Shown piece by piece: positions 29,681 to 39,416 of a DNA stretch of 64,000 bases (position 1 is its first letter; each line of letters starts with the position of its first letter). Origin of the DNA: Lachnospiraceae bacterium (GTDB lineage: Bacteria > Bacillota > Clostridia > Lachnospirales > Lachnospiraceae); NCBI GenBank assembly GCA_009774375.1, contig VSNO01000005.1:1816-65815 (forward strand). Direction: 5' to 3'. The position numbers and the translations under genes are program-made. Under the pieces are notes generated by a model, which saw only the letters and a list, made by a program, of their open reading frames with translations, did not search any database and was not told the origin of the DNA.

Positions 29681-31816
29681 CTATCCCCGGTGAAAACGCC
29701 CCAGCACCTCCCGGATCGCTTCCTGCAGCTCCTCGATCCGGATCGGTTTCGGGATATGCGCATCCATACCAGCTTCGATCGACCGCTTATAATCCTCCGC
29801 AAAAGCGTTCGCGGACAGTGCAATGATCGGGATACCGGCCAGTTCCCGATCCTCCAGCTCCCGGATCGCTTTTGTCGCCTTATGTCCATCCATGACCGGC
29901 ATCTGGATATCCATTAAGATCAGGGCATAATAATACGGCTCTGCTTTTCTGACCATCTCCAGTGCGATGCTGCCGTCATTTGCCGTCTCGACGATGTACC
30001 CTTCGTCCGTGAGCAGCTCCTGTGCGATCTCCCGGTTGATCTCATTGTCCTCCACGAGCAGGATCCGTTTGCCCTTCAGCTCCTCCCTGTCCGGCAGGCA
30101 ACGCGCCCGGTTCCCGCCCGCCGTCTCCTCCGACAGCTTCAGAAGGAGGCTCACCGTAAACTTGCTGCCCTTTCCTTCCTCACTCTCGACTGTGATACTG
30201 CCCTCCATAAGATCTACAAGGTTCTTGACGACGCTAAGCCCCAGACCGGTTCCCAGCACGCCGCTCTCCGTGGTATTCTTCTCCCGCCTGAACGGCTGGA
30301 ACAGATCCTTCTCAAACTCCGGCGAGATGCCCTTCCCACTGTCCTCCACAACAAACCGAAATCTCCCATAGTGATTGAGCTTCAGATCCTCCTCGACCAC
30401 CGTCAGCGCCACCCTGCCGTCCGGTTCTGTATACTTCACGGCATTGTCCAGCAGCTGGAACAGGATCTCTTTCATCCTGAGAAAATCCATATACATCACA
30501 TCGGTATGTACCCCGGATCTGTCAATCACAAACTGCAGCCTCCTGCCCTCCGCCAGCGGATGGATCGTCCGCTCCAGATCTGCCAGCAGGTCGTCAAGCA
30601 CGACAATATTTTCCACCAGATACACTTTCCCTGACTCCATGCGCGTGATCTCAAGTGATTCGTTGACGATCGCAAGCAGCTGTTCGCTCGCCGCACGGAT
30701 CTGATCCAGATAGCTGTCAAGCCTGGCCTCATCCGCCATGTGTTTCCGTGCCAGATCCGTATAGCCGATGATGGCGTTGAGCGGTGTCCGTATATCGTGC
30801 GATATGTTCTGCAGAAAGGTATTGCGCGCTATGCTGGCAGTCTGTGCCTGGTTCAGCGCAGATTTTAACAGGTTCTGCCTCTGCACCTGCTCCGTCATGT
30901 CCTTTGTGATCGCCATCGTGATCACATCGCCTGTATACTCGTTTTTGCCGAGCAGAAAAGCATAGTGGTACAGATGCCTCCTGCCCTCCGCATCCGTCAT
31001 CCAGCCATTATAGGTCTGCTCCAGCTCGCCCTTGCCATAACACCGGATCAGGCGTTCTGCATCGATAAACCGCGCATACTCCTCGGATTCCCCGGAATCC
31101 ATGTCCCGCATCCAGTACTTTACATAATCCGAGTACTTCTCAAACGCCGGGATTCCGGAATGTTCAAAGAAATCCCGCAGCTGTCCGTCCGGCATCTGGA
31201 TGTATGCGGACAGGAACTTGTCCTTTGTCAGATTGACCTCAAAAAAGGAGATCGCATCGTACAGGATCGCCTTGCGGTACTGGCTCTCCCTCACATAGAC
31301 CGCGTGCAGCTCCTCATTCACCTTTTCCAGCTCGCTCATACGGTTTTTCATCCGCTCTGTGCTGTCGTCTATGAAAACATAAAAAATGTCCCCGTAATCC
31401 TCCGTCCGCATAAAGTGTCCGTAATCCTCGATCCAGCGTATCGTACCGTCCTTCTGGATAATGCGGTACTCCACATAGTCAAAATCATAGATGCTGTTTG
31501 CGATCTGGCTTTCGATACTCTTCTCGACCTCATCGATATCATCCGGGTGCACCATTCCCCTGAATGTATATCCCGTGAGCATACGAAACTCCTCCTCCGT
31601 ATCGCATCCAAATATCCGCAGTACGGCGCTGTTGATGTACAGCAGCTCCTCGTCGCCACCCGCGCGGTAGATGAACAGCCCACCCGGCATTCCCTCCAAT
31701 ATCGGTCCAATACTGGATAGTGTCCGCGCATCAAAAACCGGCGTCGTTCTTTTGTGATACACTTCATGATCCATATGAATCCCACACTCCTGTCCTGTCC
31801 TCTTTTGTCCTTTCAT
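29681..31816 (-). CDS. Hybrid sensor histidine kinase / response regulator with PAS domains
   Basis: PAS-like N-terminal repeats, H-box ISHDIRTPLNAIIGY, G-box GTGLGLSVVK, and a C-terminal receiver (ILLVEDNEINREIA...MDIQMPVMDG...KPI). The start codon is uncertain (31816 or an internal ATG). Confidence 0.9.
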   Translation of the reverse strand: MKGQKRTGQECGIHMDHEVYHKRTTPVFDARTLSSIGPILEGMPGGLFIYRAGGDEELLYINSAVLRIFGCDTEEEFRMLTGYTFRGMVHPDDIDEVEKSIESQIANSIYDFDYVEYRIIQKDGTIRWIEDYGHFMRTEDYGDIFYVFIDDSTERMKNRMSELEKVNEELHAVYVRESQYRKAILYDAISFFEVNLTKDKFLSAYIQMPDGQLRDFFEHSGIPAFEKYSDYVKYWMRDMDSGESEEYARFIDAERLIRCYGKGELEQTYNGWMTDAEGRRHLYHYAFLLGKNEYTGDVITMAITKDMTEQVQRQNLLKSALNQAQTASIARNTFLQNISHDIRTPLNAIIGYTDLARKHMADEARLDSYLDQIRAASEQLLAIVNESLEITRMESGKVYLVENIVVLDDLLADLERTIHPLAEGRRLQFVIDRSGVHTDVMYMDFLRMKEILFQLLDNAVKYTEPDGRVALTVVEEDLKLNHYGRFRFVVEDSGKGISPEFEKDLFQPFRREKNTTESGVLGTGLGLSVVKNLVDLMEGSITVESEEGKGSKFTVSLLLKLSEETAGGNRARCLPDREELKGKRILLVEDNEINREIAQELLTDEGYIVETANDGSIALEMVRKAEPYYYALILMDIQMPVMDGHKATKAIRELEDRELAGIPIIALSANAFAEDYKRSIEAGMDAHIPKPIRIEELQEAIREVLGRFHRG

Positions 31817-31888
31817 TATATACCATTTTCCACCACAAAAAAACTATAAAAATGGAAAAACGGTAAAAATACAAAAATCCCTGACATT

Positions 31889-32926
31889 TTATTCAGGGAT
31901 CTTTGCAGTGGACTCCCTGACCAGGAGTTCTGCCTCGTATGTTATGTGCTGATGTTTTGTCTTCTTCGCAATGATGTCAAAGAGCAGTCTCGTCGTGTCC
32001 TTTGCCATCTCCTCCACGGGCTGGCGGATCGTTGTCAGGCTCGGAACCGTGTAATCTGTCATATCGATCCCGTCATACCCCGCCAGGGAGATATCCTGAG
32101 GCACGCGCAGTCCCGCCTCATACAGCGCCCTCAGAGCCCCTATGGCAAGCGCATCCGACACTGCATACAGCGCCGTGAACTGCCCGCCGCACTGCAGCAG
32201 TCTTTTCGTTGAGCGGTATCCGTTCTCCATGGAGAAATGGCTCAACCCGTCTTCGGTCTGGCAGATCAGTCCCGGATCCACCTCGATGCCATGTGCCCTC
32301 AGCGCATCACAGTATCCGTCCAGGCGCAGCCTTCCGACACTCTCCTCCATCGCTTCCGCCACAAGGATCGCTATCCTCGTATGTCCTGACCGTATCAGAT
32401 AATCCACCATTTTCAGGCTTTCCCTCCGGTCGTCCACACTGATGCTGGAATACTGTTTCCTGCTGATATGCTCCGGGACCGATCCCGCTGTGCTGAACAC
32501 AAATGGCACTGTGAGTTTTTTCAGTTTTTCCTCCGAGTGGGAGAACAGGCCTCCCAGAAATATGATCCCCCGCAGACGCTTTTCCTTGACCACCTTCTGC
32601 GCCACATCCACCTCATCCTCGTCCGCCTCGATGTGGGACAATTCCATCGAGTAGTGTCTTTTCTTGCACTCCTGCTCGATCACGGTGATCATGCTGGTAA
32701 AAAACGGGTTCGCGATGCCTTTTACGAGCACTGCGATCGCCTTTGCATCCACCCTCTTGAGATTCCTCGCGCTGTCGTTGGGAACATAGCCGCTTTCCCG
32801 GATCGCATCCATGATCCGCTCTTTTGTCTCCGGATTGATATCCGGGTGATCGTTGATCGCCCTTGAAACAGTACTGACGCCCACCCCGCACATTTTTGCT
32901 ACATCCTTGATCGTCGGTTCAAACAC
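31889..32926 (-). CDS. LacI-family transcriptional regulator (likely maltodextrin-related)
   Basis: (GTG)FEPTIKDVAKMCGVGVSTVSRAIN HTH plus a periplasmic-binding-fold core. GAGGTGG SD before GTG 32926. Sits 14 nt after malQ. Confidence 0.9.
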   Translation of the reverse strand: MFEPTIKDVAKMCGVGVSTVSRAINDHPDINPETKERIMDAIRESGYVPNDSARNLKRVDAKAIAVLVKGIANPFFTSMITVIEQECKKRHYSMELSHIEADEDEVDVAQKVVKEKRLRGIIFLGGLFSHSEEKLKKLTVPFVFSTAGSVPEHISRKQYSSISVDDRRESLKMVDYLIRSGHTRIAILVAEAMEESVGRLRLDGYCDALRAHGIEVDPGLICQTEDGLSHFSMENGYRSTKRLLQCGGQFTALYAVSDALAIGALRALYEAGLRVPQDISLAGYDGIDMTDYTVPSLTTIRQPVEEMAKDTTRLLFDIIAKKTKHQHITYEAELLVRESTAKIPE

Positions 32927-32940
32927 CCTACCACCTCAAT

Positions 32941-34440
32941 CTATCTTTTCTTCTTTCCGGCGCGGACTGTCCTCCCGTATACCTGCGCCAGCTCCAGCAT
33001 ATGTGACGAGAGCGCTTCACTGCACGCGCCGCGTTCCATGCGCCACTCCCAGTTTCCGCCCAGCGTCGACGGCAGGTTGATCCGCGCCTCGCCGCCAAGT
33101 CCCAGATAGTCCTGCATGGGGATGACCGCCGTGTCCGCCACACTTGCGAGCGCAGTCCGGATCAGGCTCTCACGGATATCCGCGTTTCTCCTGACGTTCA
33201 GATATTTTCTGGCAAATGCCAGATCCTTCCTGCCCATCGAGGCGATCCACCCATTCACCGTATCGTTGTCGTGCGTCCCTGTGTATACAACACAGTTGTT
33301 ATTATAATTGTGAGGAAGGTAATCGCTCTCCCCGCCTGCATCAAACGCAAACTGCAGCACTTTCATTCCGGGATACCCTGTCCTCTTCACGAGCTTCAGC
33401 ACACCCGGCGTCAGAAAACCGAGATCCTCCGCGATCACCGGGCGGTTTCCGAGCGTCCTCTTCATGACCTCAAACAGCCTGTACCCCGGTCCTTTCTTCC
33501 ACTCGCCGTTCTCTGCCGTCTCATCTCCATACGGAACCGCCCAGTACTCGTCAAAACCCCTGAAATGGTCGATGCGCACGATGTCATAGATATCAAAGCA
33601 ATGCGCCAGCCTCCTCATCCACCACGCAAACTGCGTCTCCTCATGATACTCCCACCTGTACAGCGGATTGCCCCAGAGCTGTCCTGTCGCAGAAAATGCA
33701 TCGGGGGGACAGCCCGCGACCGCGGTGGGCACATTCTCCCTGTCGAGCTGGAAAAGCTCAGGATCTGCCCATGTGTCCGCGCTGTCAAACGCCACATAGA
33801 TCGGAATGTCCCCCACAATACAGATTCCCCTGTCATTGGCATACCGCTTTAGCGCCGTCCACTGTTTGGAGAACAGATACTGCTGATAGCTGTAAAACAT
33901 GATGTCGTCAGCAAGCTCCCTCTCGTACCTGGCCATGGCCTCCGGCTTCCTGAGTCGGATATCCTCATCCCATCCGATCCACGACACGCCCCCCAGAGAA
34001 TCCTTGACTGCCATATACAGCGCATAGTCTTTCAACCACTGTTCATTTTCGCTGACAAATGTCCTGTATTCCGGATCCTTTTCCGGCTCCGCCCTCTCAA
34101 ACGCCCTGCGCAGAAGCTGAAATCTTGTATGATATATTTTCTCGTAATCCACCTTTCCGGTATCGTTTCCGCAATCGACAGACGAGCACTCCTCCTCCGT
34201 GAGCAGGCCCTCCTCGATCAACGCATCCAGACTGATATAGTACGGACTGCCCGCAAAAGTCGAAAAGGACTGGTACGGTGAGTCTCCATACCCAGTAGGT
34301 CCCAGAGGCAGGATCTGCCACAGCGACTGTCCCGATGCCGCCAGAAAATCCACAAAATCATAGGCTTCCTTTGAGAATCCGCCTATTCCAAATCTCGACG
34401 GCAGACTGGATACCGGCATAAGCACACCACATCTTCTCAT
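32941..34440 (-). CDS. malQ: 4-alpha-glucanotransferase (amylomaltase, GH77)
   Basis: MRRCGVLMPVSSLPSRFGIGGFSKEAYDFVDFLAASGQSLWQILPLGPT is a canonical MalQ N-terminus. Start at ATG 34440 (GGGAG SD). Confidence 0.9.
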   Translation of the reverse strand: MRRCGVLMPVSSLPSRFGIGGFSKEAYDFVDFLAASGQSLWQILPLGPTGYGDSPYQSFSTFAGSPYYISLDALIEEGLLTEEECSSVDCGNDTGKVDYEKIYHTRFQLLRRAFERAEPEKDPEYRTFVSENEQWLKDYALYMAVKDSLGGVSWIGWDEDIRLRKPEAMARYERELADDIMFYSYQQYLFSKQWTALKRYANDRGICIVGDIPIYVAFDSADTWADPELFQLDRENVPTAVAGCPPDAFSATGQLWGNPLYRWEYHEETQFAWWMRRLAHCFDIYDIVRIDHFRGFDEYWAVPYGDETAENGEWKKGPGYRLFEVMKRTLGNRPVIAEDLGFLTPGVLKLVKRTGYPGMKVLQFAFDAGGESDYLPHNYNNNCVVYTGTHDNDTVNGWIASMGRKDLAFARKYLNVRRNADIRESLIRTALASVADTAVIPMQDYLGLGGEARINLPSTLGGNWEWRMERGACSEALSSHMLELAQVYGRTVRAGKKKR

Positions 34441-34483
34441 ACACATCTCCCTTTCTCTCTCAATGTTACGCAATATCAATATC

Positions 34484-34495
34484 GGTAACGTTTCC
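34484..34495 (-). promoter_or_regulatory. Putative LacI-type operator GGAAACGTTACC
   Basis: CG-centred near-palindrome (AAACGTTa core) just downstream of the putative malQ -10, upstream of ATG 34440. Confidence 0.5.
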
Positions 34496-34508
34496 AACAG
34501 ACAACCTA

Positions 34509-34537
34509 ATCATATCACTTTGCACAATAAATGGCAA
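34509..34537 (-). promoter_or_regulatory. Putative malQ promoter (TTGCCA-17-TATGAT)
   Basis: Hexamers read on the minus strand in the ugd-malQ spacer. Confidence 0.5.
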
Positions 34538-34612
34538 GATTTAATTCGGCTGCTTATGAAACTTTAGGAAATTTATCCGAAATGATCCGTCTTTTTTTAA
34601 GCATAATTGCCC

Positions 34613-34640
34613 TGGCAGGAAAGTTTTCTCTTTCCTGCCA
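34613..34640 (-). terminator. Hairpin TGGCAGGAAAG-ttttct-CTTTCCTGCCA downstream of ugd
   Basis: 11-bp perfect stem ~40 nt after the ugd stop. The U-tract is weak. A second stem TAGAGCG...CGCTCTA overlaps the stop codon. Confidence 0.5.
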
Positions 34641-34676
34641 TTCCTGTCTAGAGCGGGAATGATTTTCAAACACGCT

Positions 34677-35843
34677 CTAATCCCTGCCGTAGATATCTCT
34701 TGTATAGATCTTTTCTCTCACATCCGCAAGCTCGTCTGTCAGGCGGTTCGCGATAATAACATCCGATATTTTTTTGAATTCGTCCAGATCGCGGATGACC
34801 CTTGACCGGAAGAATCTGTCCTCTTTGAGTGTCGGTTCGTACACGACAACCTCGATCCCCTTTGCCTTGATCCGCTTCATGATGCCCTGTATGGAGGACT
34901 GGCGGAAGTTGTCAGAATCCGTCTTCATCGTCAGCCTGTACACACCCACGACCTGCGGTTTTTTTGCCAGGATCATGTCGGCGATATGATCCTTTCTCGT
35001 CCTGTTGGCATCCACGATCGCCGAGATGATATTGTTTGGCACATTCTCATAATTTGCCCGAAGCTGCTTGGTGTCCTTGGGCAGACAGTATCCGCCGTAG
35101 CCAAAGGACGGGTTATTGTAATGGCTCCCGATCCTGGGATCAAGGCCGACACCCTCTATGATCTGTTTTGTGTTCAGACCGCGCATCTCCGCATACGTGT
35201 CCAGCTCGTTAAAATACGCAACCCTGAGCGCCAGATAGGTGTTGGCAAAGAGCTTGACCGCCTCCGCCTCCGTCGTGTCCGTGAACAGTGTCGGGATATC
35301 CTGCCTGATCGCGCCCTGTTTGAGCAGGCTGGCAAACACCTCCGCCCGCTCCGACTGCTCTCCCACGATGATGCGCGACGGATAGAGATTGTCGTACAGC
35401 GCCCTGCCCTCGCGCAGAAACTCCGGCGAGAAGATAATGCGGTCGGTGCCGAATCTCTCCCTGACAGACTTTGTGTACCCTACCGGCACCGTCGACTTGA
35501 TGATCATGACGGCATCCCTGTTCACTTTCAGGACCAGCCCGATCACCGCCTCAATCGAGCTGGTGTCAAAATAGTTCTTGTCCGGGTCATAGTTGGTCGG
35601 CGTCGCGATGATGATATACTCCGCGTCCTTATAAGCAGCGGCACCGTCCGTCGTCGCCTTCAGGTTCAGATCCTTTGTCGCCAGATACTCCTCGATCTCC
35701 CTGTCGATGATCGGCGATCTCCTGTTGTTGATCAGATCCACCTTCTCCTGGAAGACGTCCACCGCCGTCACCTCATTGTGCTGCGCCAGGAGTATCGCAT
35801 TTGAGAGTCCTACATAACCGATGCCTGCCACTGCTATCTTCAT
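34677..35843 (-). CDS. ugd: UDP-glucose 6-dehydrogenase
   Basis: [21 protein letters not shown] Rossmann N-terminus and catalytic GGYCLPKD motif, 388 aa. Confidence 0.9.
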   Translation of the reverse strand: MKIAVAGIGYVGLSNAILLAQHNEVTAVDVFQEKVDLINNRRSPIIDREIEEYLATKDLNLKATTDGAAAYKDAEYIIIATPTNYDPDKNYFDTSSIEAVIGLVLKVNRDAVMIIKSTVPVGYTKSVRERFGTDRIIFSPEFLREGRALYDNLYPSRIIVGEQSERAEVFASLLKQGAIRQDIPTLFTDTTEAEAVKLFANTYLALRVAYFNELDTYAEMRGLNTKQIIEGVGLDPRIGSHYNNPSFGYGGYCLPKDTKQLRANYENVPNNIISAIVDANRTRKDHIADMILAKKPQVVGVYRLTMKTDSDNFRQSSIQGIMKRIKAKGIEVVVYEPTLKEDRFFRSRVIRDLDEFKKISDVIIANRLTDELADVREKIYTRDIYGRD

Positions 35844-35896
35844 ACTATCAATTCCTCCGTTTTATCTTTATTTTTCCTTATTTTTCTTATTTTTCC

Positions 35897-36343
35897 TTAT
35901 CTCTTCCGATACACCGAGACCACCCGTCCAATACAGAATACTGACAATGCACCGAAGAGAACATAACATGCGATCCAGAAAGCCGGCGCCGTCTGCGGCC
36001 GCGCCTCCATAACTTCATCTGTATAATACAGATCGATCCCGTCGTCGTCCTTCACCTGATAGAACCCGCTGACGTCAAAGTTATAGTATGTCCCGTTTCC
36101 GTCAGAATAGGACGCACGTCGCTGCTTTTCAAAATATTCCGCCTCTATGCAGGTACCGTTTTTCACCAGCAGCAGCTCGCGGATATGCTTATAACCATTT
36201 ATCAGAAAGATGCCCACGAAAAAAATGCTTAACAGGATCCAGATGTCCGCCTGAAACCGCTTCTCTTTCCTGTCGTCATACGCCTGTACGGGATCTGTAT
36301 TGTCAAAACCGTCAAACTCGCTGCGCGATTCGTAATAGCCCAT
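35897..36343 (-). CDS. Hypothetical membrane protein (two TM helices flanking a small soluble domain)
   Basis: ORF with GAGGAG SD. TM segments are IWILLSIFFVGIFLINGY and FWIACYVLFGALSVFCIG. Confidence 0.6.
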   Translation of the reverse strand: MGYYESRSEFDGFDNTDPVQAYDDRKEKRFQADIWILLSIFFVGIFLINGYKHIRELLLVKNGTCIEAEYFEKQRRASYSDGNGTYYNFDVSGFYQVKDDDGIDLYYTDEVMEARPQTAPAFWIACYVLFGALSVFCIGRVVSVYRKR

Positions 36344-36370
36344 CGTTCTTTCCGTCTCCTCTTTCCAAGA

Positions 36371-36646
36371 TCATTTTTTAACAGTAATATCTGATCTCTC
36401 CAATATGAACGGGTTCAGTCGGCTTATTTTCATTTGACCAAAAGAAAATGATATAACCACCAAATTCATTTCATCATCAGAAAACCCATCTATATTTTCC
36501 CATGTATAATCCGGCAAATAGCATGTGGCACTGTGAAACCCATCATAAACCGCTTTTTCAATGTATACCTTAACCCTTCCATCCTGTCCCAGTTCTGAAT
36601 GAACAACTTCTGTTGTGTCACTCAATGTTGCATAAGGATATACCAT
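36371..36646 (-). CDS. Hypothetical small protein (91 aa), low-GC
   Basis: ORF MVYPYATLSDTTEVVHSELGQDGRVKVYIEK... with strong GGAGG SD. Local GC is far below the window average. The C-terminal third looks atypical, so it may be a truncated remnant. Confidence 0.45.
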   Translation of the reverse strand: MVYPYATLSDTTEVVHSELGQDGRVKVYIEKAVYDGFHSATCYLPDYTWENIDGFSDDEMNLVVISFSFGQMKISRLNPFILERSDITVKK

Positions 36647-36753
36647 AAGAGAACCTCCTCAAATTTTCATACAATACTATCTATTTTGAACGAACAATAT
36701 AATATATTTATTATATCACTTTATACACCTGAAAGCCACTAAAACTTTATCCC

Positions 36754-39291
36754 CTACAGCCACTCATTCCAGAAGCGCTCGACCTTCCCTGAGATCTGCG
36801 ATACGCTGACGACATCATACTGATTCCACTCCCGCGGGAACAGGCGCCTGTACTGCGGCTCTAAAAAGCGCTCGTCGAGCAGCGCCACCACGCCGATATC
36901 CTCCGCCGTGCGGATCACGCGCCCCGCCGACTGCAGCACCTTGTTCATGCCGGGATACCGGTAGGCGTAATCAAAGCCATTCTCCCCCTGCGCATCAAAA
37001 TATTCTTTTAAGAACTCCCGCTCGCAGCCCACCTGCGGGATGCCTGTCCCGACGATGAGCGCCCCGATCAGGCTGTCGCGTTTTAAGTCGATCCCCTCCG
37101 AGAAGATACCGCCCATCACGCAGAAACCGATCAGTATCGAATCGGCAGCGTCCCCGGAGAGACCGCTGTTTTCATTTCCCCGAAACCGCTGCAGAAACTC
37201 CTCCCGCTGCGCCTCGCTCATATAGTCCTCCTGCACGATGCATTCCATCGTGTCCGCGTCGTAGTACGCTTCCATAAAGCTGTTGTAAACCTGTTCCAGG
37301 AAAAGGTGCGACGGCAGAAAGACCATGTAGTTGCCATGGCGCTGCGTCACCACTTCATATATATAATGCGCGATGCGCCGAAACTCCTCCTCCCCCCGCC
37401 TCGCGTATCTGCTCGTGACATCGTTTGCGATCAGCAGCGCTTTCCTCTTCTCGTCAAACGCGGATCTGGCATAGACCTCATAATCCGCCGGCTCGCCGCC
37501 CAGAAGCCGCTTATAGTACTGGATCGGCAGCAGCGTCGCCGAGAACAGGATCGTACTCCTTCCCTTCTGCATGCACTGGCGCAGGTTGCGCGACGGGTCG
37601 ACGCAGAAGAGCTTCAGCATAAAATCCCCGTCGTCCATCAGCTGGCTGTACACCACATAATGGTCGTCCATGATCTCGTACATATTGAGGAAATGCGCCA
37701 CCTCGAAATAAAATTCCAGCAGTTCTTTTTTGTCCGAAAAGGTATCATGCTCATCCAGGAAATCGTCGATCGCTCCATAGAGACGGTTCAGCGACGCCAC
37801 AAATCCATCGATCCGCTCCTCCCTGCGATAACTCTCACACTGCCGTTTCATGGCGAGCAGATCCCTGTTGCACCTGTCAAGATACCCTGCGATCTTCGGG
37901 TCCGCCTCCTTCATCAGCCGCTTTGTGCGCAGGAAATCGTCCTTGAGCAGCGCGGCGCTGTACATATCCCTGCCGCGGTCGAGCAGATTGTGCGTCTCGT
38001 CGATCAGGAATACATAGTCCTGCTTTCCGATACCGTCCGCAAAAAAACGCTTGAGATATACCCTCGGATCGAACACATAATTATAGTCGCAGATCACGGC
38101 ATCACAGAACAGACTCATGTCCAGGCTGAACTCGAACGGGCAGACCTGATAGCGCGCCGCGTACTCCTGTACTTTTTCCCTCGTAAAATGATCCTCGTGC
38201 GTCAGCAGGTCATACAGGGCGTCATTGATCCGGTCAAAATGACCGTCCGCATAGGGACATGCGTCCGGATTGCACTCCGCTTCGGCCACCCTGTCATTCA
38301 GCGCATTTTCCGGCTGAAGTCCCTCCTGCCTCAGAAAACAGATCTTGTCCTTCGCCGTCAGCGCGATCGTCTTCATCCGAAGCCCTTTTTCCTGCAGAAG
38401 GCCGAAGCACTCCTGCGCCACAGTGCGCGTGATGGTCTTGGCGGTGAGGTAAAATATCTTCTCTGCCAGCCCCTCCCCCATGGACTTCACTGCCGGAAAA
38501 ACTGTCGATATCGTCTTGCCGACACCTGTCGGCGCCTCGAGAAAGAGTTTTCTCTTGTGGTAGATAGTCTGATAGACATATGTGACAAGCTCCTTCTGCC
38601 CCTCGCGGTACGGAAATGGAAACTGCAGCTGTTTGATCGAATCCGTGCGGATCCCGTTCCACCCAAATTGAAAGTCCGCCCATTTCCTGTACTCCTGCAT
38701 CAGTTCGTCAAACCACTGCTCCAGCTCCGCAAAGGTGTAGTCCTCATGAAAATATTTGAGCTCCTCCGTCTCAATATGGCAGTATGTCATACGCACGCCG
38801 ATATGTTCTATGTGATTTTCCCTGGCATACATATACGCGTAACATTTTGCCTGCGCAAGATGGACACCCACTGGCCGCGTGATCCGTTTCAGATCCCTGT
38901 AGGTACCCTTGATCTCATCGATGACCACCTCTTCTTCCTTCAATAGTGCCGGCAGGCTCCTGTCCCGTTCGATCCCGTTATCAACAACATATGTTTTTTT
39001 ATTCTGCATCCTGTCAGAAGGGTCTAGATCCGCCGCGTCATGCTCTCCCCAGCTCCGGTCGATGATCCCGTCTGCTCTTCCTTCTATTATAATGTCATAC
39101 TCCGGCGTGCTCCATGTACACTGCAGACCGATCTCCGCATGATACTCGCTGCCCATGCGCCGCTGCAGCATCCTGTGTATGCGGCTGCCCTCCTGCATCG
39201 CAGTGTCCGCCCCGCCCGCTTTCCGGTTGTCGATGCTGCCCTCACGCAGGATGAATTCCACCAGCTGCCGGACTGATACGCGTATCTCCAT
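36754..39291 (-). CDS. XPD/DinG-type (Rad3-related) Fe-S helicase with N-terminal PD-(D/E)XK nuclease-like domain
   Basis: Nuclease-like motifs GRADGIID, VIDEIKG and QAKCYAYMY. Walker A LEAPTGVGKTIS. Cys-rich insert (KICF, ECNPDACPY, VCPFEF). DExH-like FLIDETHNL. C-terminal helicase motifs (GGIFSEGIDL, QSAGRVIR). Confidence 0.85.
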   Translation of the reverse strand: MEIRVSVRQLVEFILREGSIDNRKAGGADTAMQEGSRIHRMLQRRMGSEYHAEIGLQCTWSTPEYDIIIEGRADGIIDRSWGEHDAADLDPSDRMQNKKTYVVDNGIERDRSLPALLKEEEVVIDEIKGTYRDLKRITRPVGVHLAQAKCYAYMYARENHIEHIGVRMTYCHIETEELKYFHEDYTFAELEQWFDELMQEYRKWADFQFGWNGIRTDSIKQLQFPFPYREGQKELVTYVYQTIYHKRKLFLEAPTGVGKTISTVFPAVKSMGEGLAEKIFYLTAKTITRTVAQECFGLLQEKGLRMKTIALTAKDKICFLRQEGLQPENALNDRVAEAECNPDACPYADGHFDRINDALYDLLTHEDHFTREKVQEYAARYQVCPFEFSLDMSLFCDAVICDYNYVFDPRVYLKRFFADGIGKQDYVFLIDETHNLLDRGRDMYSAALLKDDFLRTKRLMKEADPKIAGYLDRCNRDLLAMKRQCESYRREERIDGFVASLNRLYGAIDDFLDEHDTFSDKKELLEFYFEVAHFLNMYEIMDDHYVVYSQLMDDGDFMLKLFCVDPSRNLRQCMQKGRSTILFSATLLPIQYYKRLLGGEPADYEVYARSAFDEKRKALLIANDVTSRYARRGEEEFRRIAHYIYEVVTQRHGNYMVFLPSHLFLEQVYNSFMEAYYDADTMECIVQEDYMSEAQREEFLQRFRGNENSGLSGDAADSILIGFCVMGGIFSEGIDLKRDSLIGALIVGTGIPQVGCEREFLKEYFDAQGENGFDYAYRYPGMNKVLQSAGRVIRTAEDIGVVALLDERFLEPQYRRLFPREWNQYDVVSVSQISGKVERFWNEWL

Positions 39292-39416
39292 GTCTGTCCC
39301 CTTCTGATCCTTTTATAAACTGCAAAAAACTCCCTCCAAATGACAGTTTACGCCATCATTCGGAGAGAGTCAATTACATTGTTCTTATCTGTATATTCAC
39401 TATTTACATATTTATC

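Noticed and set aside
29671-29889. N-terminal 73-codon extension of the GT2 ORF (track start 29889)
   Set aside because: The extension overlaps the receiver domain of the hybrid kinase in another frame and is Arg/Ser-rich. The GT2 fold begins at MDLSVII (ATG 29670).
37306-38946. 546-aa plus-strand ORF inside the helicase gene
   Set aside because: It is antisense to a helicase with clear Walker A, DExH and motif VI, and has an Arg/His/Leu-rich junk translation.
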